Below are positions 49,075 through 63,205 of a DNA stretch of 64,000 bases, in pieces. This DNA comes from Phoronis australis. Taxonomy: Eukaryota; Animalia; Phoronida. The notes under the pieces are model-generated. The model made no database searches. It was not told the origin of the DNA and saw nothing but the letters and a program-made list of their open reading frames with translations. Position numbers and translations under genes: made by a program. Position 1 is the stretch's first letter. Every line of letters starts with the position of its first letter. The stretch covers positions 124,001-188,000 of the forward strand of contig NMRA01000087.1 of the NCBI GenBank assembly GCA_002633005.1. The letters are read 5' to 3'.

Positions 49075-52000
49075 AAACAACATGCATCCACATTGGAGAA
49101 ATACAATTACATGTAACTGATGTTAGTTCGCAGAATAAATGCTTTCAATCACTATAGTAATATTAGTTGTCTGGACCAGTTTCAACCAATTTTGCAGTGA
49201 CACTTTGACTAACATTGAATCACGAATTAATGAGAAACTCACAATATGACAGGCCCGTGGCCAGCCGGGGGGGGGGGGTTATCGGGGGATTCGAATTTAT
49301 TTTGAATAGTTACATGCAGGGCTTTCTTTTGATGCGATCACTTTTGCAGAAGAAAAGGGGCGATTTCTTGAGATACCTTTCTTTAGTCAGTTCAGAAAGG
49401 GTCTTTCTTAAAAAAACTATCCCGGCAAAGTACAAATTGAAAAACGTTGTCGGACCAATTATACCATATTTTCACTTGATGATCAACGTGGATGTAAATG
49501 TATTTATAATGCTTAAATAAGAATTGTCTGACGCCTACTGTTCAGAAGTTTAAAGATGTAGAATGCATCATTCTTGATCCTCAAGTTGTATGTGGAGGAA
49601 GTTCTATAAAATGTTTGAAGAATAAATAGTTAAAAAACAATATTGTGTAACGGTGAAATTTAACGCAAGTTAAAATTTTGAGTCCAACAATGCAGTGAGC
49701 TTGTGAAAAACATAAAAACTGAATTTTTTTCATTTTTCTTTTCCAATTTGACAAATGATTACCATAAGTAAATTTTCATTTGTTGGCCATATTATTTTGC
49801 AATGCCGGGAATTATTAAGTATGAGCAGATTAATAAATATAAAAAATGATACCTACTGATGGACAAGTGAAAGTATATACACAAATAAGAACATGTCGAT
49901 GAGTATAATTGTTTATTCTCGTGATGCACCACTGACATCAGTTCAACACGAGTACAACTTCATTACAAATTTACAATATCAAAATGCACAAACATACAAT
50001 TTTATTATACATTACAGTACGCAATACCAATACCTCAGAATTGCAACCTAACGTTCTCACATACTATTTTCATGAAATAAGCGCATTATGAATGAAAACA
50101 AATTTGATTTTGCCAACATGTAATACTTGTCCGAGATATCTGTATACTTCCGGAAAACATCTACGTGTATGTTACTGATGATCAAAACAACTCCTAAGTA
50201 AACGAAACGCTCGTGCTAAATTTTTCAATTGACAAAAGTTACGTTGCACATGACAAATTAACATCAATCCCCATAATATTCGAGTTTAACTCTTTAAAAA
50301 TCCACAGGATGAGTGTTTCCCCAGACAAGTACTGTAGACTGAAGTATTTTTACAGCATACATATGACAGTGGCGGACCTAGGATATCACAAAGGGGGCCC
50401 AACATTTTTTTCTGTAAGCATTTGCGCAAACCAAGATCGCATAGCACCGAATGGGGGAGGTCGGGAAGGGGTTATGCCCAAAAGACCAAATCCGTTTTTC
50501 GTGTTGGCAATAATGACGGGATTGCTTTAGAAATCGTCTTAAGTTAAGGTTTGACAAAGAGAGAATTATGAATTTCTGGGTGATTCACTAAGGCTTCGAT
50601 TAAAATTCACATCTTACCAGCAGCTTCTGTTTTTCATCGTCACTCAGGTTCCATTTTCTTTAAAAATGAAGTAAATTTTCTTCATTGCACAGTGGAGCAG
50701 GCGGCGGAAACGGAGTCGTAGTGCGCAGCGCCACTGCCGGTCGCCTGGGATGATCGCGGGAGAGCCTACAATGCTTAGACATAGTTCCGTTACGATTGCG
50801 CTGTGTTCCGANCCCCCCCCCCCCCCCCCCGAACACTAATTACCACTGAAACTGAGCTGAAAACAAGTTCTTATTAAGCTGGAAAAAGGTGTCTGATTAG
50901 TTACTTAGTTTGGCTAGAAAATACCCAACGTAGCGTAGGCTAAGGCTAGTAATTATTAGGCCTATGTAATATGCCAATGAATATATCGCAATACGATAAT
51001 CTACTCAATAAACCTGATCAGTTCTTAACAAAACGTTACAACAAAGCGCCCAGAAGTTATGCAGAAATATAAATGATAAGTAATGCTGAATCTGAGTTAT
51101 AATAAGTAAAATCGTAGGTTTTGCAGTTGATATCTCTTTGTAACTATTTTCACGTGTTTCCTCTTGCAGTGTGGTTGCAGTGAACAACCCTTTCCGGTGT
51201 CATCGTTACTTTCTGTTTTGTCGTCAAGGAATCCTGTTACTATAATATTACTTTTAACTGTACAATTGAATGTCGCTAACTTTCCCATACCAAAGAACAA
51301 ACGCGCCAAAGACGAAAATGTCAAATAAAATTAAGATATCTTCTAGATTCTAATAGTTGACCTAGAAACGGCGGTGTGACGTCAACAGCTGTAGAATGTA
51401 GGTCAAGGTGCTTGGTCAAGATTCCCCATTTTGCCTCATGTATGCCTCTCTACCTGCTGTCACGTGTATTTCACTGTTTGTTTAGCTTCGTATATGTTCA
51501 TTCCACTTATTGCCTGGTGATGAGACATCCAGTTTCGAAACATAGCAAGTGCTTTAATTTGTTTGTTTGTTACGTCTCTCAGTGTTTGGTACATAGCTGC
51601 ACACCTGAAGACAGCTGGAGACCGTTTCGACACTACATGTACTAGCGAATGTGTATCAAGCTTTCCAACAAAAAGTTTAGACGTGTTTCCAACGAAGTTT
51701 GTGTTAGCGAAGGGCTGCTACCGAACTATACTGATTTTGAAAATGCAAGAACGTACTCATTTTTCCGTATTTGTAAGACATGCGGGCAATTTCGTATGTA
51801 CACGAAATCAGCAATACCCGGACGTTGTTTTCGGTATAGGTACATGTACACCACTCCAATTACCGAAGTATCGTTTATTTTTGCAGACAGAATGACAGTT
51901 AACATTGAAAAACCTATACTATCGTAAATTTTACACAGTGTTAACCAACGACAAACCACAGTGCTCAACATTTACAATCCAGTCCTCCAGATTTCAAATG

Positions 52001-55000
52001 TAAGGCTTGTACGTAATGCACAGTACATCCGTGCCACTCATGACTCTGGAGCGACAAATGGTAAATGTAGATGATGGTTAAACAAGTGGAACTCTAATGC
52101 CATGTGCAGCCTGCGAACTATGACCAAAAATGCTCTGTCCAATTACTTTTAACGTTTGAAAGTAACACAAACACATGTACAACAACATTTTTGATAAAGT
52201 AGACAATAAAAGGTAAATGACCCGTTAGTAAAGAAGAGATAAAATATAAACTATATGAAAACTACTGTGTCTAGGTATGTATTTTTACCAGCAGTCATCA
52301 TTTCACACACATTTCAATTCTTTTTAAATGAGCCACAGTTGGTCATTATTTCGTCACAACCGGTCTTTATTTAGTCGTCCCTTTTCCAAGGAGAACATTG
52401 TAAATCTGATGTTTACAGATTCTGCCCTGGTCTGTCCTTACACAGGGGATCGCACAATACCATGTGACATGCTAGAAAAGCGCCAACCGATCCTCATTTC
52501 TCTTTGTTGATGTTTCTTGTTACATTTTGACAAGCAGCTTTACTAATTTGCAGAGGCATCTTACTTTTTAACGTTAGGGATCTAAAGCATATGAATAGAA
52601 ATTATATTGCATTCAGGTATCTCTCTGAAAAACATTTCTTTTGTATTCATGAATAAACGCTTGCAAAACTAGCAGGTTGAGTTACCGCGGGTATTTGGTA
52701 CACATTTCCTTCGATTCACGAAACTTTTTAATTATGAGATGGACTAAATTCTAACAAGAAAAAACATGATACGCTTTTATAAACTTTGTCAATGTCATCC
52801 TGTAGGTATGTTTGATATGCGTTGTGATTTAGAAAGCCTGGAACGCCTATCTATCGGCCTTGTGGTTTGGTTAATTTTATTGACACACTAAGGTTACCCT
52901 CTTTAAAATAAAAGTGGCTGTTGAAATGGACGTCTCTTTCAAATATTTGCAAAATAAAGGTCCCTAACATTTTTTTAGTGAAAAATAGTTTAAATTGTTG
53001 ATAACTTCGCATGCACGGTGAAAGTGGTGGCTTTAGGGGAATTGTGGACCCGGGGGATAAATTTGCATCGACAAGTTGATTGATGGTGGAGTCGAATGGG
53101 GGAGACAGTTCGCCGAACATTTTGTCGCTCCTGATCTGTGCGGCTGACATAATATTCGAGACATATTGACAACGTCTTCATGCAGAGCACTACCTTTCAC
53201 TTGAGTAAGTGTGTTCCAAGCTTGCGAATTGACTTCACAGACTCCAATACAATTTATTGTGATTATTTAAAAATATACATGTAAATGGCTGAGAAATTAA
53301 CTTCTCGAATGTTATCGCTACTGTGAAATTATGAGCACACAACTTTTAAAGTCATCCCGTGCCACTTTTAGAAACGCTTTGGGTTGTTTCTTATACGTTT
53401 AGTGCATCTGTGAGCGGCAAAACCAATATAGCTACCTGGTCAAGCGACTATTTTTAGTTCTTGTTGTCCTGGGTTAGTTATCATTCAAGTATGCTGTGAA
53501 GTGGTTCAGGATAAATTTTCGAAGATGAGGTTCTAAATGATAACGTTGAAATTTTCGAACCAATTTCATTTTTCAAAAAATGTGAACCAGAAGCAATACA
53601 AAAATCTTAAAACAGTAAAAATTCAATATTACCCAGAATACAGCAGATGGGGAAAAGTTAGTTTTTGTAGTTTCTTGCATGGGGAAGGGGCACAATCACG
53701 AACCAAGTTCAAATCAAAACATATTGTATTGTGCAATTGCCGCATAATGCGCTCAAATTTAAATACTGCAAGAAAATGACGCCGTTTCTCACCAACCAGT
53801 GTGTCTTCGTTGAACAATGCTGGTCGTAAGCAAAAGAAATGTGGCAGACAAAAAATTTAAGTGTGCTTCGTGGGAATACTAGAGCAGTGGTCATGAGATT
53901 ATAACTTTTGCTGCTCGTAAGAATTCCTGTGCGAATGGCGAAGAAGGACGACTGGTTATACTTTGAACTTTGTCATTTTGCCCTGTCATACGTGAGCTTG
54001 ACGTCACACTGTTCACACCGCATACGCAATATCAAGTGCTTATACCAGCTTTTTTATCTATGACTTTAAAGTCATGGATAATCTTATGAATCATAAAAAC
54101 GGGTGTTTCTGATTAGAACTGCTTAAGATTACATTACGTGGCATTAGAGACGCAATATTTTATGATATTTCACGTGTTTGCGACCCCTCGGAAGCACATG
54201 CTGTTCTCGTTTGTACAGGTAAATGCTGAAGGTTAAGTGTCCCGTCGTTTAAGATCGACAAATATTTTATGTATGCGTAATAGGAGTTGCCTTGTCTTTA
54301 CGCTCTATAAATTTAACAAGACTGGTGGGCTCCAACTAGGACGTTTAAAAATAAGAGATAGACACAATGCGCTAGTCTAAATTATTGAGGCACTCATGTC
54401 ATGTGGAAACAAAATTGAATCTCATCACTGCATTTGTATGACGACTTCGTGTTGACACTTTCTTGAAATGTTGCTGAACCCCCAGAAACAATATGAGCTC
54501 CCGGATTAGCAACCGTAAAAGTGATAATACAGTAGAACTTGAATTTCTTGCCAAAATGATGCATTTGCTTTATCAAAACCTGAATCAAACAGCTAAATTG
54601 TTTTTTAATTTAAATGTGCAATGTTTTTCAATTTCGTATAGCGACCTTACTGTCTGCGATTCCCTTTGCACGATAATGCAACCGGCGTAGTGTCATCCCT
54701 TGTGAAAACGATAATTCACTTGGCATATTTGTTAATGCAAATATCTGTTGCGTAGGCAAGAAAAAATACAAAGAGTGTGAAAAAAATAAATCCACGATAA
54801 CTACTATCTTCATGTATCAGGCAAAACCCAAGTATACATCAATCATTATTTACTGTACTTGGGTAGCACATTTTCTGAGACGCAAAATCCCGGCGTTGAA
54901 CGCACAGCATTGTCAGTTATTGATGCGTTTCTAGTCATATTTCAGAAACAGCGATTGACATCCCAATAGGCAATGGTACAATAGCTGACCAAGAGACAAA

Positions 55001-57952
55001 AATAAAATCACACACGATATTTCGGAACACTCGAGTTTCATTCTCAAGTGACCATTAAACGATGCAGTAATACCGCCACACAAACAAAATGCTAGAAATA
55101 TGATCACCGGTAACATTGACATCAATGCCCAAAGGTCCCCGTTAAGGCCCAAATCAGGGCCCTTTATCTACTCTTAGTTCTTAATATGTGGCGTCAACTG
55201 CGTTGCGCTTCTTAAAATTTTGCGACAGGATATATTCATTTGAACACACATACAAATATAATGTACTTTTCAAGTGCATACTTTTCTGACTCATAATTAT
55301 CGTCATGGACGTGATGACGTGTGGAAGCATATAACTGCTTTTACGACCATGCGTGAAATAACTTGGCATAATTACCTTATCTCTTCGCCACTGTTTGGAT
55401 TGTTCCGTAACGCAGTGTACTGGGTGACAAATTTTGTATCCGTTTCTTGAGTGCAATTTGGTCGTGACTTTGAAATAAAAGTTAATTTTATTGTCTCAAG
55501 AACGCTGCACTACGAACGTCATCAGATGTTTACAGCTACACGCAGCGGTAAATTTGAAAACCCGTGTGATGGTTCTTCGCCGGTGGAATCTCTTGTTTTG
55601 ATCCATTTATACGAGTAAGCGTTCCAAATTACACATGATATGGACTGGATGGTTTTCAAGGATGGCCACTGTACGATTCAACGCCGCACTTAATTCATTT
55701 CAGTTTAAAATTAGCTTATTCCTGCCCAGAATGGGACTTTCAAACCGAGGGTTCTGCTATTCCTCAAGCACTCCGAATGACGTTATCTTTTTCAACAAAC
55801 ATCCGAGTCCCTGGTGTAGTCGCGGGAAGGGGGTTACTCGACTATATTCTTGAAACTATAGGTGCATGATGTGGTGCAAGTACAAAATTCGAATACCAAC
55901 CCATTTAAACTCAGTGGACTTGAAAAATGAGCCATCATTTCGCGGAGTTATGGATTTAATTACATAAATCTAGCCCTGTTGTAGGGATTAATTGACACCA
56001 GTTTAAGCTCGAAATATTACAAAATGAGATGACGTATTGACAAAAATTAGTTCATCTTTTGCAGCCAAATATAAGCAAATATAAAAAATGATGATTTGTG
56101 TACAACTGGAAAAGGAACTTTCATTTTGTGGAGTACGGCTTCGAATCCTCAAAGTGAACCATTTACTAGGGAACTGGAAAGGCACAAATGACCATTTCGT
56201 AGGTAAATCACTCTTCCACAGCATAACCATGATTGGACGGGGACAATTTTACTGGGAAAGCTACACGCTTGCAAATTAAAATGAGCGTCACTTGGTAGCA
56301 TTCCATTCTCGTTTATAAATACACAATGAGGTGTGTTATAAAGCCTTGACACACTCTCATGGCCAGGTGAGTTCCCTGGCTGCAGGGGCTCTAATGGCAG
56401 TTTGACAAATAGAAAAGCAGGCAAGACATCATCTTACAGATTATAGTGTTACTCATTTATGATATAAACGTAGTTTAAAACGCGATACAGCTTTTCCCAC
56501 GAGAAATGGAGCGAAACATTCGAGGACAAGACAGGGTCAAACTTGATGATTCAAAGTAGGAAGTTGGTCCCTGTGAATTGCCGGGCGTCAGGACGAGCTC
56601 ACGAATTCGACGTGTTTATGCCCACTCGGCGTTACTACGAAGTCACCTGCTTATAAACAGTGAAAGGTCACTACACAAATTCCGGTGACACTTGCAACGA
56701 CGCTTGACAAGAGCAACCGGCCAAATGAAGCAGTGCTGCACCGAATACCCAGGCATGGGTAAAGAAGGTAAGTCCGTACCTTGTGCCAGGACTACCTGGC
56801 GTTCAAACTCCAACGGGTATCAGTGTCTACTTATGTTTTACGAAGGTGTTGCTGAACGTAGTTTTGGGGTTGTTGGCAATCCATTATGGGCAAACGCGCA
56901 CTGAGAGCAAGCTTTCCTAGTAGTCAAGACCAGTGTTTGAACAGAACTTGAGAGTGTTCGTAGAAGACAGTATCAACCGACTATAGACACACATTCAAAA
57001 TTTTATTGGTGCCTTAATTCATGTCTATACAGGAGGTTGTTTGAACGGTTTTATGCCGAGTGAGCAGTGGACGTGAAACGGTTTATGGGTGTCAGAAATG
57101 AAGGTTTCAGTGTTTAAGAATAATTTTTTTGTTGGCACAAACTTGGAGTCTCTTATAAAGCGACGACATTTATGGTTCTTTTAATACAATAAAATGCAAA
57201 CACACTGTCAGAGTGTGGATCGCCAGGGATTTATCACTGTCCACTGCTTATTGCCCATCAAGCAATAGAAACGGCGCTGCCGGTACAAATTAAAGTATGG
57301 GCCACGTCGCGGCCTGAAGCCAGGGGCCCTCGAAAGCTAAGCTATTGTGGTGGCCGGGAGCTGGGAGAAGGGTTCGGAAATTTTGGCAAGAGGGTGGGGA
57401 TCAATCGGTGAAAAACGCCGGGAAGGTAGGGGGAAACTCAAGTTCATTAGAACCTCAGTCTATTTATCTTCAAATCTTAGGAACTCCGAGAAATCTTAGT
57501 CCTGCCCTGTTATAGTCACTTATACTTTTTCAGTTTGTGTCATTTTCATAGGACAAACGTTGTTCTCGATCAAATACATCGGTTGAAAAATGCTTGGAAT
57601 CGTGCGATGCTCGCAAATGAATGATGAAGAATTGTTGGGTTTATACATGTAAGTGTGGATGCCCTACTTCACAAGACACCACTCTTTCAAACATAATGTA
57701 ACGTCCCAGTTTGCACTTGGCGACCTTTGACCTGTTCCTTGGGTATTATTATTGAACGTAAGCTCATCTGATCGTTTACCGAGGCAATTTGTTCTGAACA
57801 TGACCAGCGAGGACAGAGGTTATCTGCTCTGGAGCTGTGGCATGTGTGCTTGAGATGTTTATGTATGAGATAAGCACCACCAGTAAACACGGCGCGTGCA
57901 TGTGAATTCCATGCACTTTTGTGTCATGTCCGTCAGTAACTTGCTTGATCCT

Positions 57953-58177
57953 TATGTGCGCAACCAGCCTAAAATGTAGGGGGGCTCGAATTTTTCAGTA
58001 TGTGGATCTTTTACTGAAAAAAGACGGGGATAAAAAACAAAGAACGGGGTACTACGTTCAGACCCACGAATTGTGCATTCGCGCAGAATTCGTGTGGACT
58101 TTTGTCTCGTTTTCTCGGACTTTTTGTTTCTCTGAGGAGGACCTTTTTGCCCACTTCGCCTCCTGGGTGCGCGCATG
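57953..58177. mobile_element. MITE, CATGCGCGCACCCAG-terminus family, 5-bp TSD ATCCT/ATCCC
   Basis: Termini TATGTGCGCAACCAG / CTGGGTGCGCGCATG; body shared with the 19203 and 31486 copies. Confidence 0.75.
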
Positions 58178-58984
58178 ATCCCGAGACGCGTTTTTGTATG
58201 GATGGTGGGGTTCGGAATGCAAAAATAAAAAATCGACTCTTGACAACTGACGTACTAGATTTGTGGTACAAATATAGCTCTAATTTTCAAACGCTCCTCA
58301 GTGAACTGTCGGACAGTACAAGAAATAAGCCGGTTATGTCACAAACATGTACTGCAACATAATTTTTTATATCTAATCTATTATTTTCCCAAGGAAATGT
58401 CGGCACGTCCATGCAGGGACTTAAGTCTAGAGGATTAGGCCTACATAGTATGATCTCTTTAGCTCAGTGCGCTTATTACTGAAACGTGCGTTAAGAAACA
58501 CCGACAGTGAAGACGACGGTCTGCGTTGATTTCCTCGGGTACACATCCCTTGTCAGTAGAAAAGGGCATAAAATACATCGTACTGTCGTCGTACCTAGCT
58601 GGCCCGTTGTATTCAAGTAACCAAGCGTGTATTTTTTACCTAGTTTGTGATTGATGCACGCGACTGTACGACGTCTAGACTCTTGTCTTCAGGCGTTTTC
58701 CAAGAGAGAATGTGGTGTTTCATTTTAATATCTCCGCTATTGCCTTCAAACTGTCCTTTTAATCTTACAAAGGATTACCCTATAAACACTCACCTAGATC
58801 TAGTGCTACCCTTTTGACTTTATTGATAAAGAATAAAAAGCCTATCACTAATTTGCAATCTCATGCTTCGGCGTCGATGAATGATTGTGATAAAATGCCG
58901 TTTTATGCATTTTCCAGACATAGAAAGAGAAGAACGAGCGTAATTATTTACACCGAGGTCCGTATATTATCGTTGGCCAAATGC

Positions 58985-59165
58985 GTGAACGTTACCCACG
59001 TAAATTACGTGCGTAAATTAATTCTTGTTAGTGGGTAAATTAATTATTAACGGCGTAAATGAACCTTTAACGGTTAGAAAAGTTAATTTGCCCAACAAGT
59101 AACGAATTTACTCTGTTGATAATTAGTTCACGCCACTCACAAGAATTTACGTGCGTAACGTACTC
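58985..59165. repeat. Imperfect inverted repeat (probable MITE remnant)
   Basis: AATTCTTGTTAGTGG..TAATTATTAAC mirrors GTTGATAATTAG..CCACTCACAAGAATT. Confidence 0.55.
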
Positions 59166-61409
59166 CGATTTGGTTAACTATAGTACGTAGGCTATGACGT
59201 GAAAAGTCACATGTTGGCATACACAGACCAATCATGTTAACAGTTTGCCAGCCAAATGGCGTCGCTGCAATCACTAGTCTTACGTTTTGCAGTTGGCATT
59301 CCCTGAAGTTGCTCTAAGTCGGAATGAATTGCGAGGTTTAATTTTTAAAAAATAAATTTAACAATGATTTGTAATTCACAAACACCAACGTATGTTTCTT
59401 AACGTTTTGAAAGGAATTTAGAATTGCTTATTAAAGATACCGTGCGTCGGAGCAGTCGATGTCTCATTTAAAAAAAATGCAGAAGAGTGCAAATCGTCGC
59501 CTGCGGACTCGACCACAAATGCCGATTTTATAGAATACGCGGACTTTTTCTTCGTAAACTATGTTTTAGTCCCCTCTCTTAGATCCACCGGTGGATTTGA
59601 AAAACTTCTAAAGTGGAGAGGTTTCAGTCGAAAGCTGGGGAAAGGAGCCGAGTTCATGATGTGAGTAGAATTCGTGGTCTGGACGTCCTAAGTCCTGAGT
59701 GGAAATAGAGGAACTGGTTCAAAAGGACTCAAAGCACTTTTGTAGATAAAGAATCTTTTCACAGATGAAGCGAAAACGATGACGTTGAGGTGAAAATTCA
59801 CAACATCTCAGTCCTCTCCTTCGTACTTGTAGAAATTCTCCAATAAAAGGACATTTATTTGATCAAGGTGAACTATACTTTCAGAGCAGGTTTAATTCGC
59901 CCTCGTCGTGTAAGTTGATTTGGCGTATCCTGATTGGAAAAAAGATGAATTGCACGAGAATTTTCAAACTGACTTAAAAAGATCAAACACTGATGTATGT
60001 ATGAACTTTTCATATTATTCGGATAACGCCCGACTCGGGAAGGAAAACATTGATGTTCAAACGTGTATGTACATGCACAACCCCTTTTTCTTAATATTTT
60101 CTCTGTCGTTTACTTAATGACGTTATTTCATTTCTGCAAGTTAGACATCCTCTACTAGATTTCTTACTAATACTTCCATCGAAAGTGAAGCTCACTGTCA
60201 CTTCTTCCGGGAGCAACGTTTGGAAAATGTGCTAAATATGTGCCGACAACACTTAGTAAGGAAACGTGGGTGGACGTCTTAAAGATTGAAATGTTTTGGT
60301 TGAATTCGTTCAACTCATTAAAAAATGCACCTGTATGTTTGCTAATCTGTCGGTTATCAATCAAGTAATAATATGCAGGTTAGTATCATCTCAGTGGTTT
60401 ATTGAGTGCGTTGATTTGTTTTGAATTTAATCTGACATTGAAAACCAAACCTTAGTTTCAAAACAAATCATTTGTGCTAGGATATTTACCTGCACGAGTT
60501 CATTTATTCGGAAGAACAAGATAATCTTGAAGTAACAAAACTTGTCATTAAAAGTTCCATAATAATCTTACACGTTTCAATAACAAATCACATTTAAGTC
60601 TTTTACACAAAATTCTGTGGTAAATCACATTTAAGTTTTTAGTGTACGGATTTCCATTATGATGTTTTACAAATCCTTGAGTACATGAAGATACATCTGG
60701 CTCTGCTCAAGCACTTCATCGGCCATTGCTGGCTGGGCAGAATGTCTGTATCATAGACATCTTAATACTACCATGTGATGCCTATGGTCTGGATAGAGCG
60801 TTCTTTAATGTACGGACGAGGTAAGTTTGCCATATCAAAGACAGCTCACGCGCCGCTACCCAAAAGTTTAACCATAGCTGGCAATTTCGACTCGAGCAAT
60901 ATTTTTCACTCGTCATTCAAACGACATGTTGACAGAAGCCTTCGTTAATTTTAAATGTGGAGAAACATTGATATACAGAACTAAAATTACTCTGAACATT
61001 TGAGGAATATTGTATGACCGTGTCTACATCTCCGCCGACGCGCGTTATTTTTCGGTAAAATCCAATGGCACACCATGATTTTCGATAGGTCGACAATATC
61101 CACTGTCCGTGGTCAATGCGGAATAGGCACTACGATGCAAAACAAGTATTACATTTGATAAACTAAGTCAATAAGCGTTGCATAGAAACTAGCACAGCTA
61201 TCAACCCCTATTTTATGAACTCTAAATAAATCGCGGGCAAATAAAATTCACGTTCAAACAGCGACTTCAGGAAAATTTTGTATAACATTAATGATGGTTT
61301 TAATTGCTTTTTTCACAAATTAAACCACTGAGAAAATACATCAAAGAAAATACTGAACTGGTCACGTGGTGTGTAGGCTTTGAAATGACTGATCTCCCTT
61401 AATCTTGAC

Positions 61410-61621
61410 CAGAGGCGGATCTACAGGGGGGTTCAGGGGGTTCAACGCCCCCTAAGGACAGGATCAAAAATAAAAATTGAAAAAAAAATTGGCCAGAAAA
61501 ACGAAATCAGCTACTAAAACCACAAAAAATCTTACACGACCTTACTCCCGTTCGTTGTTACGCGCCTCGGATTAGCTCGAATTCCACCCCCCCCCTTACT
61601 GAAAACGTAGATCTGCCACTG
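61410..61621. mobile_element. hAT-like MITE (CAGTGGCGGATC-type ends)
   Basis: TIR CAGAGGCGGATCTAC / GTAGATCTGCCACTG; 6-bp flanks CTTGAC / ATTGAC; related fragments near 39000-39135 and 50367. Confidence 0.7.
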
Positions 61622-62968
61622 ATTGACTGAACAAAAGGAAATGTCTTGTCGCCTTAAACTCGGGAACTGAGCACATCCTTTTCCGCAATTTTCGTGATGT
61701 GCTTAAAGTCTCTTAAGAAGTTCCTTTCTACCAAACGTACTTTGAGTAGAATACAATGCGAACTTACCAAGCCATTCTTTTTAGTTGCTGAGAATTTATC
61801 GGACTAATTAAAATTGTCAAAGTCATTTGCATCTGTGTTTAGTTACTCTAATAAACGTTAGACTGTTTGTCTATAATAGCGAGAAATGTTATGAAAAGGC
61901 AATAGGAAAAGAAAGAATGAAATTGAAAATTAACCAATATCATATCCCTTTATAATTAACATCTCTATAATTAACAGTTATGTTATTTGCACGACGACAA
62001 GTACCAAAGTGGCGGTCTACGATTTTCTGATTCTCCTCGATTTGAAGAACAGACGGTAGTGAAGTAGAATGTACTTTTGGTGATTTCTTTTAAACACTTG
62101 TTAGACGCTCAGTGTTGAACAACCGACATCCAATCACTTTTCACCTGCTGCGAGAGCTAACCGAGACAGGTGTGTGATGGTGCGTAAAACCGTCTTCAAC
62201 AAGACCGGGATTTACCTTAGTGAGCAAGCTGCGAAGTGAGTTCCAGTTCTGTCTGAATGTAAAAAGTTTGCAGCCATCGACCCGCAAACACGACAATATG
62301 TCATTGGTCAAGAGCACATGATCACCGAACCACATTTGTTTATCTAAACCACGTGACTCCTACCGAGAAGACAAGTCTCGAAAGTAGCCGAGTGTGATTT
62401 ATTCAGAAAGGAGCAAGGTCATAACATAAAGATGTGTCGTTATTATATCCCTTAGGATAACTGTGTATATTGGTGTAATCATTTGTAAAGCAGACGTCTT
62501 GAGTCGAAAGTAGGACCTTCACTCGTCTGCGTTTTGTCGTCTGCTGATTTTGTAAGCAGTTCCTCATCTTTCGCGTGAAAGCGATGAAAAAGGGACGTAC
62601 CCTGAGGCTGAAAGGTTAAAGAGTTCCGTAGATCGCTTGAGTGTTTTTGGACACAGCATTTGCTGAAAATTGACACTCTTAGTGCATAATAGTCGACCCC
62701 GGTATGATATAGGATTATTTGGTGTACTTATGCCTAATTGTTAACACGTCTGTTTACTTTGTCAAGTGTCTCCTGGTTCGCGGAACAACCTTGCGGCCAG
62801 CATGTTGCATTCAATGGAGTAACACAATGCAGCACTCCGTAACGGCTAATTTATCCACAACTTTTTATTCTATGCGAAATCGTTAGCGTATACGCTCGTG
62901 CTGCAGAGTCATAAAGTCCAGAAAGGTTGTCGACGAATGGTGTAGAATTTGACAACGCACGTGTCACC

Positions 62969-63205
62969 ATGGAAAGCCCTGCATTTGAAATGGACATGGA
63001 GGTATTCGAACCCCTCTTGAAGGGAAGCGACTTTTTGGTAGTCATACCACGGAAGAAATCTCATTCATTCCATGATGAAGACCTGCAAAACTTGTTCTAC
63101 ATGTTATTGGGTGTTGTGGTTGGAATCCTCTCGTGGCATTGGCTAGCGGCGTTTGGAATTGGACTGGTCATTTTTGCCTTTGTTAGAGGAATGTTTGGTA
63201 AGTAG
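62969..63205 (+). CDS. Uncharacterised small membrane protein (78 aa) or first coding exon of a longer membrane protein
   Basis: Strong Kozak context CACCATGG with an in-frame stop upstream (62912-62914); hydrophobic stretch LFYMLLGVVVGILSWHWLAAFGIGLVIFAFV; consensus donor TG|GTAAGT after 63197. No family recognised. Confidence 0.5.
   Translation: MESPAFEMDMEVFEPLLKGSDFLVVIPRKKSHSFHDEDLQNLFYMLLGVVVGILSWHWLAAFGIGLVIFAFVRGMFGK

Noticed and set aside
52851-53150. Minus-strand 99-aa ORF (MSAAQIRSDK...)
   Set aside because: No homology I recognise and no convincing splice sites; like most other short ORFs in the track it is consistent with chance.
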